From Candidatus Dojkabacteria bacterium (lineage in GTDB: Bacteria; Patescibacteriota; Dojkabacteria; B142; OLB20): a DNA stretch of 64,000 bases. Of the stretch, positions 1 to 10,197 are shown in pieces; the first letter of the stretch is position 1; every line of letters starts with the position of its first letter. The notes below the pieces were generated by a model that saw nothing but the letters and a program-made list of their open reading frames with translations, ran no database searches and was not told where the DNA came from. The stretch is taken from NCBI GenBank assembly GCA_035444565.1, contig DAOMOX010000002.1:8013-72012 (forward strand), given 5' to 3'. The translations under genes were made by a program, and so were the position numbers.

Positions 1-744
1 GGTGATATGGGGAATGTTTTAACTTTAAAGAGGAGGTGTGAATGGAGAGGTATAAGGCTCGAAATTTCAAAGGTTACATTAGAGAGTAATGATTTTATAA
101 AAGGAGATATTTACTTTATGGGTGGAGGACAAGATAACGATATGTATAAGGTCTTTGAGGATCTTAAGGATTCAAAAAACACTTTCCTAAAAGAGGAACT
201 AGAAAATAAAAAACAGTTCTTACTAATATGTGGTGGTTTTCAATTGTTTGGAAATCACTTTATCGATTTCCAGGGAAGAAATATAAATGGTTTGGGATTC
301 CTACACTTGGAGACAAAAGCACCCAGCGACAATCTTCATGATCGTTGTCTCGGAAACTTAGTGACAGAAATTGATTCTAAACACTTCAATGAGATTCAAA
401 AATATTATGGGAGTAAAGCTTCAAAATATTTGGTGGGTTTTGAGAATCATGGGGGGCAGACGTATTTCATAGATAATTCATTAACTCCACTTGGGAAAGT
501 ATTAGTTGGATCTGGCAATAATTCAAAGGAAAAAATCGAAGGTGTTCTTCATGAAAGTATAATCGGCTCATATATGCACGGTTCTTTGCTACCTAAGAAT
601 CCTCATTTAGCTGACCTAATTATTGGACGTGCCCTAACTCAGAAATATGGAGAAGAGTTCAAACTAGAACCACTAGAAGACAAGATTGAGTGGGATGCTC
701 ACAAAGCAATACTAAGAAAAATGGGAATATTAAATACTGATTAA
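1..744 (+). CDS. gatD: GatD/CobQ-like glutamine amidotransferase (5'-truncated by the window edge)
   Basis: Frame is open from base 1 (GDMGN...); ICGGFQL catalytic Cys, GFENH and SYMHGSLLPKNP motifs. Confidence 0.85.
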   Translation, partial: GDMGNVLTLKRRCEWRGIRLEISKVTLESNDFIKGDIYFMGGGQDNDMYKVFEDLKDSKNTFLKEELENKKQFLLICGGFQLFGNHFIDFQGRNINGLGFLHLETKAPSDNLHDRCLGNLVTEIDSKHFNEIQKYYGSKASKYLVGFENHGGQTYFIDNSLTPLGKVLVGSGNNSKEKIEGVLHESIIGSYMHGSLLPKNPHLADLIIGRALTQKYGEEFKLEPLEDKIEWDAHKAILRKMGILNTD

Positions 745-1535
745 TCCATACCGAGAAATATTTTCTGAATTTTTTCAGGAAATTCAGCAACATCTTCGGG
801 GAAATATTTTGTCATATCTTTAATGATTTCTTCTGGTGAGGTAATGAAATTACTTTTTATCAATTTTTCTTTATACTCGTCCTTACCGATAAGTGCAAAA
901 TCTTTTACTTCTTCATTAACTCTCGATGAGATTTCATCAAGATCAAAAGATGTTTTGAAATGTGGAATTAGACGAAGTTCATCTATCACCATTTTTACCT
1001 CAGATTCAATGCTAACGTGTGTATTATCAAGGACAAAATTAAACTTACGATTGATTAATTCTTCGTCAAAAATATCAATATCATGTAATTCTCTGAAGAA
1101 CTTCTGGTTAATTTCGTCCCTATGTTTAAGGACTTCCATAGCTCCTTCACGCTCATCCTTAACTACTTTTTTAACTCTTTCTTCAAAATCACTTTTTAGA
1201 AAAATCGAGAATATTTTTGGATGTTTGCCAATTAAAAATGTTCCAATATCTGAATCAACAATAATTCTCTCCCCTTCTATTAATTTATAATCCCTATATC
1301 TATCCGCAGTTGGGCCAATAATAGGCTCAATCAAATCGTCTGATTTTGGTCTATTGAAGCCTTCTTCACTATAACCCAACTTTTTACCTACATAGCGAAA
1401 AACACTGCCCAAATACAAATTTTGATAATTGAAAAGTTTCGTGAGAATTAAAGCTAAAGATGTCGCACCACTTCCGCTCCAACCACTTATGGAGAAATTA
1501 ACAGTATTAATATCTGCGTTATATTCTGATGACAT
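741..1535 (-). CDS. Cytidylate-kinase-like P-loop protein (archaeal Cmk-like) with a degenerate Walker A
   Basis: ISGWSGSGATS at the N-terminus, GSVFR, RD..N..F...Y/H.ID pattern of Cmk-like kinases; Walker A Lys replaced by Ala. Confidence 0.65.
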   Translation of the reverse strand: MSSEYNADINTVNFSISGWSGSGATSLALILTKLFNYQNLYLGSVFRYVGKKLGYSEEGFNRPKSDDLIEPIIGPTADRYRDYKLIEGERIIVDSDIGTFLIGKHPKIFSIFLKSDFEERVKKVVKDEREGAMEVLKHRDEINQKFFRELHDIDIFDEELINRKFNFVLDNTHVSIESEVKMVIDELRLIPHFKTSFDLDEISSRVNEEVKDFALIGKDEYKEKLIKSNFITSPEEIIKDMTKYFPEDVAEFPEKIQKIFLGMD

Positions 1536-1537
1536 AT

Positions 1538-2272
1538 CTAATTAATTAATGTTGATGATTTTAACCTTTTTTCTATAGTCTTTTCAATCCAATATCGATT
1601 TATGAAGGTAATTAGGCTCTGAGTCTCATCGTCTATATTTAGTTTTAAACTGTCAGACAATTTATTCTCAAGATAGAATTTTTGGATTTTTAAAACTCTG
1701 TCACTCACAATCTTCGCTTTTGTGTCCGACTTTGTAAGATTATATCCCAACTCATTTCCGAAAGATAGAACTCGTGTTTCATTTTCTAAGATTGATTCTC
1801 CGGATTTTATATAATTCTCGACATTCGGTGTAAAACCAGCTAAATCAAGCAGTTTCAATTCAAAGGAGCTTAACAATTGAAGGAATTTTGCTGAATTTAT
1901 AGTTGTCAATTCAAGTAAATCATAAAGTAGATTATATGCTTTAATCTCATCATCGTTTGTGGAATTTAATTTCTCTATGATTTCTAGGATGTAGAGTAAA
2001 TGATTAATTATTTTTTTGTCCTGTTTCAAATCCTGATAATCATTTAAAACTTGTACTTCCCTTAGTAAATCTATACTTTTTGTTTCATAATAAGTAAATC
2101 TTGAGTGATTGAGGAGATCGATTGAACTGCCACGCTTAGAGCTTGATTTCCCTACCCCTTTTGCAATTGTTTCAACATTTCCGTGCTTTCTTGTTAAGAA
2201 AACTACCAATTTATCGGCTTCTTGGAATTGCTTAATTTTGATTATAAATCCGTATTCGGACTTTGTTTTCAT
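1538..2272 (-). CDS. recO: DNA repair protein RecO
   Basis: EADKLVVFLTRKHG.V..IAKGV.K..SKR N-terminal OB-fold pattern; FELKLL..AGF.P. Confidence 0.9.
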   Translation of the reverse strand: MKTKSEYGFIIKIKQFQEADKLVVFLTRKHGNVETIAKGVGKSSSKRGSSIDLLNHSRFTYYETKSIDLLREVQVLNDYQDLKQDKKIINHLLYILEIIEKLNSTNDDEIKAYNLLYDLLELTTINSAKFLQLLSSFELKLLDLAGFTPNVENYIKSGESILENETRVLSFGNELGYNLTKSDTKAKIVSDRVLKIQKFYLENKLSDSLKLNIDDETQSLITFINRYWIEKTIEKRLKSSTLIN

Positions 2273-2733
2273 AGTCCTAATTTTTCAATGATGTTACTCG
2301 AGGAGAAATTATCAATTTTTTCAATAACTATTAATTCTCCACCTGCTCTTTCAATTATAGACTTTTTGTTTTCAATTCCAGAATCTCCTTTAACCACCGC
2401 AAGGTATTTAGGCTTCATTTGTAGTACGAAGTCTCTCAATTCTTCCCAAGATGATTTCCATTTATATACATAATCAATTGTTCTTACATAAGACAATGCT
2501 TCTGCCCGCTCGTCTTGAGAAAATATTGGTCTATTTAATCCTTTTCTTCTTTTTATTTCCTCATCACTTAAAATAACTGTTAATATCTTTACTGAAGGTT
2601 TTAATATTGATTTAGTTTTTGAGAAAAATCTTAAATGGCCAAGATGCAGAACATCAAAGCTGCCCGTAATTAGGGCAACTTCGTGTTCTTTAAATAACTT
2701 CAATACATCTTTTTCGTTAATTATTTTTGACAT
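2269..2733 (-). CDS. HxGH nucleotidyl/cytidylyltransferase (RfaE-II/TagD/FAD-synthetase-like)
   Basis: TGSFDVLHLGH, KG.NRPIF..ER and SSS.II motifs; ATG at 2733 overlaps the nrdJ stop (TAATG). Confidence 0.8.
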   Translation of the reverse strand: MSKIINEKDVLKLFKEHEVALITGSFDVLHLGHLRFFSKTKSILKPSVKILTVILSDEEIKRRKGLNRPIFSQDERAEALSYVRTIDYVYKWKSSWEELRDFVLQMKPKYLAVVKGDSGIENKKSIIERAGGELIVIEKIDNFSSSNIIEKLGL

Positions 2734-5700
2734 TAACCACATTTAGAATAACCACAGGATCTACATAGTATACATCCTTCTGCATATTCTAAATCAGAAC
2801 CGCACTCAGGGCAATCCAACATGTCTCCAAAATGATTATCTTTCGAGTAACCGTGGCTAGAATCCTCTTCGACGATAATTGTTTGAGTTGTGACTGTAGT
2901 TTCCGCTACATATTCAATATCAGCAGGATTTTGCTCTTCTGCACTTAATGTAGGCTCAATTGGAGCATTTGACATACCATCATCAATTAATTCTTCGTTC
3001 ACTTCAGGTACTTCTTGCTCAGGGAACATCTTTATTTGTTCACGTTGTTCTTCGATGTGTTTTTTCAAGATTTTCGCGACTGCATCAGGTACTGAGTAAA
3101 TGAACATTCCACGATTCATTGTAGGAGTTGAAGTACGAATTCCTTGAAGTTGTTTTACAATCGATTCGGGTTTTATTCCAGATCGAAGAGCCATAGAAAT
3201 CATTCTACCTAATGCTTCCGTATAGCCTTGAGTGAAACTTCCGCTTTTACCGATATTTAGGAATACTTCAACAATGCCTTGGTCGTCTTCATTAATCGTA
3301 ATATAAAGATCTCCTTGCTCAGTTTTGACTTCGTAGGTTTTTCCTCTAGTTACAAGGTCTCTTTTTCTTGGCTCCAAGACATTGCGAGGCATTTGAATAG
3401 AAACTGTTTCATCGGTCTTTTCGATGGTTGTTTCTTTTTTGGAAGTTCCGACTTGTAAAGCAGGGTCTTTGCTTCCATCTCTAAAAATCGTAATGCCTTT
3501 GCATTCTAAATCGTAAGCAAGTTCGTATACTTTTGCAACATCTTGCCAAGTAGCACTATTTGGGAGATTAATTGTTTTCGAAACAGCACTATCAACAAAT
3601 TTCTGGAACACAGCTTGAATTTGGACATGAGATTCGGGTGCAATTTCATGAGTTGTGACAAATACATTTACAATGTTTGCAGGAATGTTGTATTTGTTTG
3701 CAATATCTTTCAGATGAACACCATTTGCAATCTCAGCCATAAGCTCAGGTGAATAGAAGTTGTATTTCTTGGCATAGGTGAGGAATTGCTTATCAATAAC
3801 TTCCTGGTCAACTCCACCCATTGAATTCTTCCTTCTGTAACCTAGGGAGAAAATTGGCTCGATTCCGGGATTGCAATCAGCAATTATTGAAATTGTACCT
3901 GTTGGAGCAATAGTAGTTGTACGGACATTTCGCATGTATTTCTTCTCCGTTTTCCAATTTGACTCATTGAATGCTGGGAAGTTGCCTTTTTCTTTTCCTA
4001 ATGCTTCGGAAGCGATGTGTGACTTTTCTTGTATGAATTTCATTATCTCCCCTGCTAACTTGATAGATTCATCACTACCATATGCTATCCCCAAATCTAT
4101 CAAAATATCAGCAAATCCCATAATTCCAACTCCTATATTACGAGTTTTACGAGTCATTTCTTCGATTTCTTTTATAGGATAATTATTCACATCGATAATA
4201 TTATCCAGGAACCTTACTGCGGTACTGGTTGTCTTCTCCAACTCTGACCAATTTATCATCTTCAATTTATCATTGAGGCTTAGATTGATTAAGTCGTCAT
4301 AGGAGATATTATCGGGGACATTTACAAATTTAGCAAGGTTGATATGTCCCATGTTGCATGTTTCAAATGGAATTAGGGGTTGTTCCCCACATGGATTTGT
4401 AGCATCCATTGTTCCAAGTGATGGTGTGTTGTTTTTTGCTTCTGCACGATCAAGAAAATACATTCCGGGATCACCACTTTGCCAAGCATGTTTGGCAATT
4501 CTTTCAAACATTTCACGTGCTTTTAGTACTTTGTATGTCTTATTGTCACTTGGATCAATTAAATTCCAATCCAAATCATCTTTTACGGCTTTCATAAAAT
4601 CATTACTCGCACCCACTGAGATGTTGTAATGTGTGATTGAGGTTAAATCATCCTTACATGATATGAAATCTTCAATATCTGGATGACTCGCATTCAGAAT
4701 TGCCATAGAACCTAGACCTCTGCCTCCTCTACCTTTTATGGTGTCCTGAGCACGATTAAACATACGAATATACTCCACAGGACCTGCTGCGTTTTCACCT
4801 GTTGTTTTTACCTTTGCATATGATGATCGTATCTTAGAGAAATTGAAACCCGTTCCGACTCCTCTCCTCAAACACTGAATATTCATATTTAATGTATGAA
4901 AAATCGAGTCTATTGAATCTTCTATAGGCAAAACCAGACACTTTGACATAATTGTTTCCTCACCCATACCAGCCCATAGAAGTGTTCCTCCACAGAAGAA
5001 TTTACCCTCATTCATCACATCGTAAAATTCTTTCGATACTTTCTTTCTCTTCGATGTAGTTTCACTACTTGCAACGAAATCAGCAATTCTCTGCCAGAGC
5101 TGTTCTGGAGTTTCTGTAACCTCTTCATTGTCATTCTTGTGTAGGGCTCTTTTTTCAAGAACCTGAAGTGCGTTCTCTGTCAATGAATGTAGTGTTTTAC
5201 TTTCTTTCGCCATACTTTCTTCTTGTTTGCTACTTGATAATACTTGGAAGTTCTTGGAACCGTCTCTATAGATGGTGATTCCCTTACAGCCTGATTCCCA
5301 TGCGAGAATGTATGCCTTTTTGACATCATCAATTGAAGCGTCATTTGCTAGATTAATTGTTTTGGATACCGCTGCATCTACTGATTCTTGTGCTGCAGCC
5401 TGCATCTTTACGTGCCACACTGGTTCAATATCATGTGTCGTTACAAATATTTTCTTTGCTACTTCAGGGACCTCAGGGAAACTATCTAAATGACCACCAT
5501 TATCGGCAATTTTCTTCATTAATTCTTCTGAATAAAAATCATGCTCTCTAGCATATGCCTCAAACTCTTCATTTACATAGAAGAGTGACTTTCGGTCTTC
5601 TTGACCTTCATCTTGATAGAAAGATTTTCTTTCGTATACGAGTGAAAAGATAGGTTCTATTCCACTTGATGTATTCGCAACAAGACTTAGAGTGCCTGTT

Positions 5701-7037
5701 GGAGCAATTGAACTCATCGTTGCATTTCTGACCTTTCTTCCCATTTCGTCCCATTTGCTCCCTTCAAATCCCGGGAAAACGCCTCTTTCGGTAGCTAATC
5801 TTTCTGATTCTTTTGTAGATGCTTCTTGAATATATCCGATAATTTTCTTAGTAAGATTAACTGCTTTGTTACTATTGTATGCGATTCCCATTTTGTAGAA
5901 CATGCTACCAAGACCCACAACTCCTAAGCCGAGTTTTCTAGTTTTTTCAACTTCATCGGCAATTTTCTTTAGGGGAAAATCACTAAGATCAATCATATTG
6001 TCGAGAAAGTGAGTCGCTGAATATACAGACTTCTCAAGTAAATCCCAATCTATATCAAAATTACCATCTTTTTCCACTAAATGCGTAGGAAGGACAATAG
6101 AACCTAAGTTACATGACTCATAGGACCTCAAAGGTTCTTCTCCGCAAGGGTTTGTTGCTTCTATAACGCCAAGTGGTTTTGTGGGGTTAGCGTTTTGAGT
6201 AGTATCTAAAAAGAATAAACCCGGGTCTGCACATTCCCATGCTTTTTCACAAATAAGGTCGAAGACCTCCCTTGCTCTTAAGGATTTAACTTTCTTTCCA
6301 TTTCTAGGGTTGATAAGATCGTATTCTTCATCTTCACGAACAGCATTCATAAATTCATCAGTGATTCCAACAGAAATATTGAAATTTCTAATCGTATCAT
6401 CTTGGCCTTTGAGATTAATAAAATTGATGATATCTGGATGATTTATATTAAGAATTGCCATATTTCCTCCACCTCTTTTCTTTCCTTGCAAGACTTGATC
6501 AAATGCTTGCGAAAAAGTTTTAATGAAATGAATCGGTCCTGCTGCAACATTTGGTGTACCTCCAACTTCATCACCCTTTGGTCTAATGTGTGAGAAATTG
6601 AAACCTGTTCCGCCATTGTTTTTCTGCACCAATGCAGCTTCTTTCATGGTATCGAAAATCGATTCTAAATTATCCTCAATCGGCAATACAAAACACGAGG
6701 AAAGCTGACCAGTACCATCAATATTATTTCCTGCTTCATATAAAACTCTTGAACCGGGTAAGAAGCGATTTTCAGACATAATCTGATAGAACTCCTTAGC
6801 TGTTCGTTCGACAACTCTTTGTTTCCTGGCGTCAGAACCCTTGACGTATTTTGAATCTTCAGAGGCCATTGCAGTTGCGACTCTCCAGAACATTTGTCGT
6901 GGGGTTTCGATCGCTTCTCCCTTAGAATCTTTTAGTAAATGACGTTTTTTCATCACCTCAAGAGAATTTGGAGCTATGTTTGGTTCGGGAAGCTCTTTTG
7001 GGGGATCCACGAGGCGTTGCTTATTGTTAGTCGACAT
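2733..7037 (-). CDS. nrdJ: Class II (adenosylcobalamin-dependent) ribonucleotide reductase with two tandem catalytic barrels plus a C-terminal TSCPD-like domain and Cys tail
   Basis: Two full motif sets: SSCFV/NPCGE(6138-6152)/SCNLGS/IAPTGT/SKTIN/GITIYRDGS and SKCLV/NPCGE(4383-4397)/TCNMGH/IAPTGT/SKTIN/GITIFRDGS; YSVPDA and CPECG...CILCRSCGYSKCG at the C-terminus. Confidence 0.92.
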   Translation of the reverse strand: MSTNNKQRLVDPPKELPEPNIAPNSLEVMKKRHLLKDSKGEAIETPRQMFWRVATAMASEDSKYVKGSDARKQRVVERTAKEFYQIMSENRFLPGSRVLYEAGNNIDGTGQLSSCFVLPIEDNLESIFDTMKEAALVQKNNGGTGFNFSHIRPKGDEVGGTPNVAAGPIHFIKTFSQAFDQVLQGKKRGGGNMAILNINHPDIINFINLKGQDDTIRNFNISVGITDEFMNAVREDEEYDLINPRNGKKVKSLRAREVFDLICEKAWECADPGLFFLDTTQNANPTKPLGVIEATNPCGEEPLRSYESCNLGSIVLPTHLVEKDGNFDIDWDLLEKSVYSATHFLDNMIDLSDFPLKKIADEVEKTRKLGLGVVGLGSMFYKMGIAYNSNKAVNLTKKIIGYIQEASTKESERLATERGVFPGFEGSKWDEMGRKVRNATMSSIAPTGTLSLVANTSSGIEPIFSLVYERKSFYQDEGQEDRKSLFYVNEEFEAYAREHDFYSEELMKKIADNGGHLDSFPEVPEVAKKIFVTTHDIEPVWHVKMQAAAQESVDAAVSKTINLANDASIDDVKKAYILAWESGCKGITIYRDGSKNFQVLSSSKQEESMAKESKTLHSLTENALQVLEKRALHKNDNEEVTETPEQLWQRIADFVASSETTSKRKKVSKEFYDVMNEGKFFCGGTLLWAGMGEETIMSKCLVLPIEDSIDSIFHTLNMNIQCLRRGVGTGFNFSKIRSSYAKVKTTGENAAGPVEYIRMFNRAQDTIKGRGGRGLGSMAILNASHPDIEDFISCKDDLTSITHYNISVGASNDFMKAVKDDLDWNLIDPSDNKTYKVLKAREMFERIAKHAWQSGDPGMYFLDRAEAKNNTPSLGTMDATNPCGEQPLIPFETCNMGHINLAKFVNVPDNISYDDLINLSLNDKLKMINWSELEKTTSTAVRFLDNIIDVNNYPIKEIEEMTRKTRNIGVGIMGFADILIDLGIAYGSDESIKLAGEIMKFIQEKSHIASEALGKEKGNFPAFNESNWKTEKKYMRNVRTTTIAPTGTISIIADCNPGIEPIFSLGYRRKNSMGGVDQEVIDKQFLTYAKKYNFYSPELMAEIANGVHLKDIANKYNIPANIVNVFVTTHEIAPESHVQIQAVFQKFVDSAVSKTINLPNSATWQDVAKVYELAYDLECKGITIFRDGSKDPALQVGTSKKETTIEKTDETVSIQMPRNVLEPRKRDLVTRGKTYEVKTEQGDLYITINEDDQGIVEVFLNIGKSGSFTQGYTEALGRMISMALRSGIKPESIVKQLQGIRTSTPTMNRGMFIYSVPDAVAKILKKHIEEQREQIKMFPEQEVPEVNEELIDDGMSNAPIEPTLSAEEQNPADIEYVAETTVTTQTIIVEEDSSHGYSKDNHFGDMLDCPECGSDLEYAEGCILCRSCGYSKCG

Positions 7038-7075
7038 GATAGTAAGTACGGTTACAATTAAATATAGCCGTGAGT

Positions 7076-7942
7076 TTATTTTTGCTCTTTGGTTAACTCA
7101 CGAATGAAAAAGGCAGATTTTTCAAATATTTTATATATTGAAGGTAATACTTCATCTTGTTTGATGTCTTGGAAATGTTTCCACGTGACATCTGGATTTG
7201 TCATTTTAGATTTTTCGGTATTTACTCTTGCAATGAAAAACTCAACCAGTCCTGCGAAGTCATCTCTTCCATGAAAAGATTGATCGGTGAAAGGAATCGC
7301 TCCATCCTCGATTTCAATCTCATAATCATTTTTTAAATTCTGTGCTAAATTCGCACTTAACATCTCCCATGTACTTCCGGGAAGATTTACAACATCTCCT
7401 ATCGGTAAAGTCCATAGACCGCCATCTTTCATGGAAGTATTATCTTTAACGAGCATAAATTCGTTTTTGTCATTCAGTACAATTCCTGCGACCGAGATAA
7501 AATGTAGTTTACTTTTAGTCTGTAGTGAATTATATGCAGACTCGTATATTTCATGTACTACCGGAAGTGTCTTTAATTCACGAATTTCTGAGATAGATTT
7601 CCATTCCACTTTTTCAACTTCTTCTGTTGAGGCTTTGATTTCTCCCGATTCGTATTTGGATAGAAATGCTATAGCTACCACCTTGTTCTTTTCATCATCT
7701 ACAAATTGATGAGAACTTAAGTAATTAGGATATTTAATTTTTGCTCCAGTTTCTTCTTCTACTTCTAGATGAAGGCTTTTTTCTAGTGCTTCGTATTTTT
7801 CTTTTTCATTAAAATGAAGCTCTCCAACATGATAGGAATACACACCAGGCATTATCTTTTCTTTTTTACTACGTGAAGCAATTAAAAACTTTTGTTCGTC
7901 GTTGTATACAACTCCAATAATTAATATTTTGTACTTATCCAT
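7076..7942 (-). CDS. Tandem two-domain Nudix-fold protein
   Basis: Domain 1 has FLIASRS...G.L...E.EEETG (partial Nudix box); domain 2 has VAGIVLND.NEFMLV...GLWTLPIG with a degenerate box. Confidence 0.7.
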   Translation of the reverse strand: MDKYKILIIGVVYNDEQKFLIASRSKKEKIMPGVYSYHVGELHFNEKEKYEALEKSLHLEVEEETGAKIKYPNYLSSHQFVDDEKNKVVAIAFLSKYESGEIKASTEEVEKVEWKSISEIRELKTLPVVHEIYESAYNSLQTKSKLHFISVAGIVLNDKNEFMLVKDNTSMKDGGLWTLPIGDVVNLPGSTWEMLSANLAQNLKNDYEIEIEDGAIPFTDQSFHGRDDFAGLVEFFIARVNTEKSKMTNPDVTWKHFQDIKQDEVLPSIYKIFEKSAFFIRELTKEQK

Positions 7943-7949
7943 AGGATGA

Positions 7950-8402
7950 CTAATAACTTAACCAATTAAAATAATTTTTATCGTGTGCAAGTTCATCAAA
8001 GAGCTCAGCAGTTAGTGTCCTATTGAAAGATGAAATCAAGTAAGCTTCGATAAATTGTTGTGCATCTGAGTGAGATATTTCTTCAATTTGAGCGAATTTC
8101 AATGCTAACTTCTGGAAAGAAAGTTTTGGAGAATCCTCGTCAATTTGGATCTTCATTCTAAGAAATAATTTACTTTGACCAGTTGATTGAATTTCAACTG
8201 CTTTAAGGATGTTCTCTGGCTTTAAGGTAGACATTCCGATAATTACGAATTGCCAGCCCTCACTATCTGTCCAAACCTTAGTAATTTCTGTATGTTCTAC
8301 ATTAGATGTGTCGATTGTAACTCCTTGTTCCAAATCGAACTTAATTTTGTCTAATAGTTTATCTGGACTAATTTTTAATGAGTCAAATGTGATTTTTTCC
8401 AT
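7950..8402 (-). CDS. Hypothetical protein in the nrd operon
   Basis: 150-aa ORF; its start overlaps the stop of the upstream nrdJ at 8402. Confidence 0.7.
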   Translation of the reverse strand: MEKITFDSLKISPDKLLDKIKFDLEQGVTIDTSNVEHTEITKVWTDSEGWQFVIIGMSTLKPENILKAVEIQSTGQSKLFLRMKIQIDEDSPKLSFQKLALKFAQIEEISHSDAQQFIEAYLISSFNRTLTAELFDELAHDKNYFNWLSY

Positions 8403-10180
8403 TATTTTAAATTTAATACTTGTTTATCACGGCTCTTATCTCTATAGATAGTAAAGCCTTTTAATTTAAGACTAGCTGCTAATTTAAATGCCTCAATGAT
8501 GTCTTCTACTTTAGCACTTTCAGGCATGTTTATTGTTTTCGTGACGGCGTTATCCGTATGTTTTTGGAACGCTGCTTGAGTCCTGATATGCCATTCTGGC
8601 GTAATATCTCCTGCAGAGACAAATATTTTCTTGAGTTTATCAGGGACTTCTTTAATATCTTTGACACTTCCCTTTCGTGCAACTTCTTGCATGATTTCAT
8701 CTGAATAAACCCATTCCTTTTTCAATGCTTTTTCTAAGTACTTGTTCATATAAATTAGCTCCGAGTCACCGACTGTTTCCATATTCTTTCTAACATAAGC
8801 CATCGCAAAGAATGGTTCGATTCCACCGTTGCAATCTGCAACTAAGCTGGTAGTCCCAGTTGGAGCAATTGTTGTTACTGTAGAGTTTCTCATGTTCTTA
8901 TAGCCTTTCTTATCCCATCTCGATCCTTTGAAATTTCCAAAATCTCCTCTGATTTCTCCTAAATTTTGAGATGCTTCATGTCCTGTTTTCTTAATAAACT
9001 TCATCACTTTTTCAGCTAGTTCAAGAGCTTCTTCACTATCGTATTTCACACCTAATTCAACAAGCATATCAGCCCAGCCCATAACCCCTAAACCAATCTT
9101 CCTGTTTCCATATTTAACAATCTTTTCAATTTCAGGAAGTAAATGATTTGAAACTGTAATTGTGTTATCTAAGAATCTGATAGCAGTATTTATCACGAAT
9201 TCTATTCTTTTCCAATCAATTTTCTCCTCGGTAGGAATTGACAGGTTCTTTTTTGAATCAATAATGAATTTGTTCAAGACAATGGAGCCAAGATTACATG
9301 CCTCATACGGAAGTAATGGTTGTTCACCGCACTGGTTTGTAGCAGTCATTTTTCCCACATTTGGCGTGGGATTGTATCTATTAATTTCGTCAATAAAAAC
9401 GAACCCAGGTTCACCACTTCGATATATACTTTCCGCGATTTTAGTAAGTAATGCTTGTGGGTTTAAGGTTTTATAAACTTGATTTTTGAATTTCAAATCA
9501 AATGTTTTGCCATCGTTTAAAGACTTAACAAATTCGTCGGTGATTGATATCGAAATATTGAAATTTGTAAGTTGAGAATAATCTTCTTTCGCAGAAATGA
9601 ATTTCTCGATTTCCGGATGATCAATTCGTAAAATCCCCATGTGACCAGCATGTCTGACTGCTCCACGGTTTAGAATAACTTCTGATGAAAAATCGTACAA
9701 TCGCATAAACGAAATTGGTCCGCTAGCCTCCCTACCTGTTGATGTTACAACTTCATGTTCAGGTCTAATAGTCGAAAAATCATAACCGATTCCTGCACCT
9801 CTCCGATGGAGAACTACAGTATTGGCAAGAGTTGTATAAATTGATTCAAGACTATCTTCGATTGGCATTACATAACATGCTGCTACTAAGTCTTCTTTCC
9901 CTCTGTCTAAAAGTGACATACCTGATAGAAACTCCAGATTGGACTGTATTTCATAAAAATCGGCAATAATCTGCTCGAGTTGTTTCTTGGAGGGTTTTTT
10001 GTATCCTTCTTTTTTGTCAGAATTATCTGACTCGGCTCTAGATATGAAGTTTGAGACTCTTTCGAACATTTGGGAATGTGTTTCTAAAGGTTTTCCATTT
10101 TTATCAATTTTTAAATATCTCTTTTCTACTATAAACTTGGCGTTTTCTGTTAATTTGGGAGTTTTATTTTTCACAGTCAT
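8402..10180 (-). CDS. nrdJ: Class II ribonucleotide reductase, single barrel without the C-terminal Cys tail (NrdJa-like)
   Basis: AACYV, ATNQCGEQPL (9323-9337), EACNLGS, IAPTGT, VTKTIN, KGFTIYRD; ends about 10 aa after that motif. Confidence 0.9.
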   Translation of the reverse strand: MTVKNKTPKLTENAKFIVEKRYLKIDKNGKPLETHSQMFERVSNFISRAESDNSDKKEGYKKPSKKQLEQIIADFYEIQSNLEFLSGMSLLDRGKEDLVAACYVMPIEDSLESIYTTLANTVVLHRRGAGIGYDFSTIRPEHEVVTSTGREASGPISFMRLYDFSSEVILNRGAVRHAGHMGILRIDHPEIEKFISAKEDYSQLTNFNISISITDEFVKSLNDGKTFDLKFKNQVYKTLNPQALLTKIAESIYRSGEPGFVFIDEINRYNPTPNVGKMTATNQCGEQPLLPYEACNLGSIVLNKFIIDSKKNLSIPTEEKIDWKRIEFVINTAIRFLDNTITVSNHLLPEIEKIVKYGNRKIGLGVMGWADMLVELGVKYDSEEALELAEKVMKFIKKTGHEASQNLGEIRGDFGNFKGSRWDKKGYKNMRNSTVTTIAPTGTTSLVADCNGGIEPFFAMAYVRKNMETVGDSELIYMNKYLEKALKKEWVYSDEIMQEVARKGSVKDIKEVPDKLKKIFVSAGDITPEWHIRTQAAFQKHTDNAVTKTINMPESAKVEDIIEAFKLAASLKLKGFTIYRDKSRDKQVLNLK

Positions 10181-10197
10181 AGTAATTTTTATGAAAT

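Noticed and set aside
2733-7037. Intein or intron as the cause of the oversized NrdJ
   Set aside because: No C/S...HN-C splice junction or LAGLIDADG motif seen; the extra length is a second complete RNR barrel
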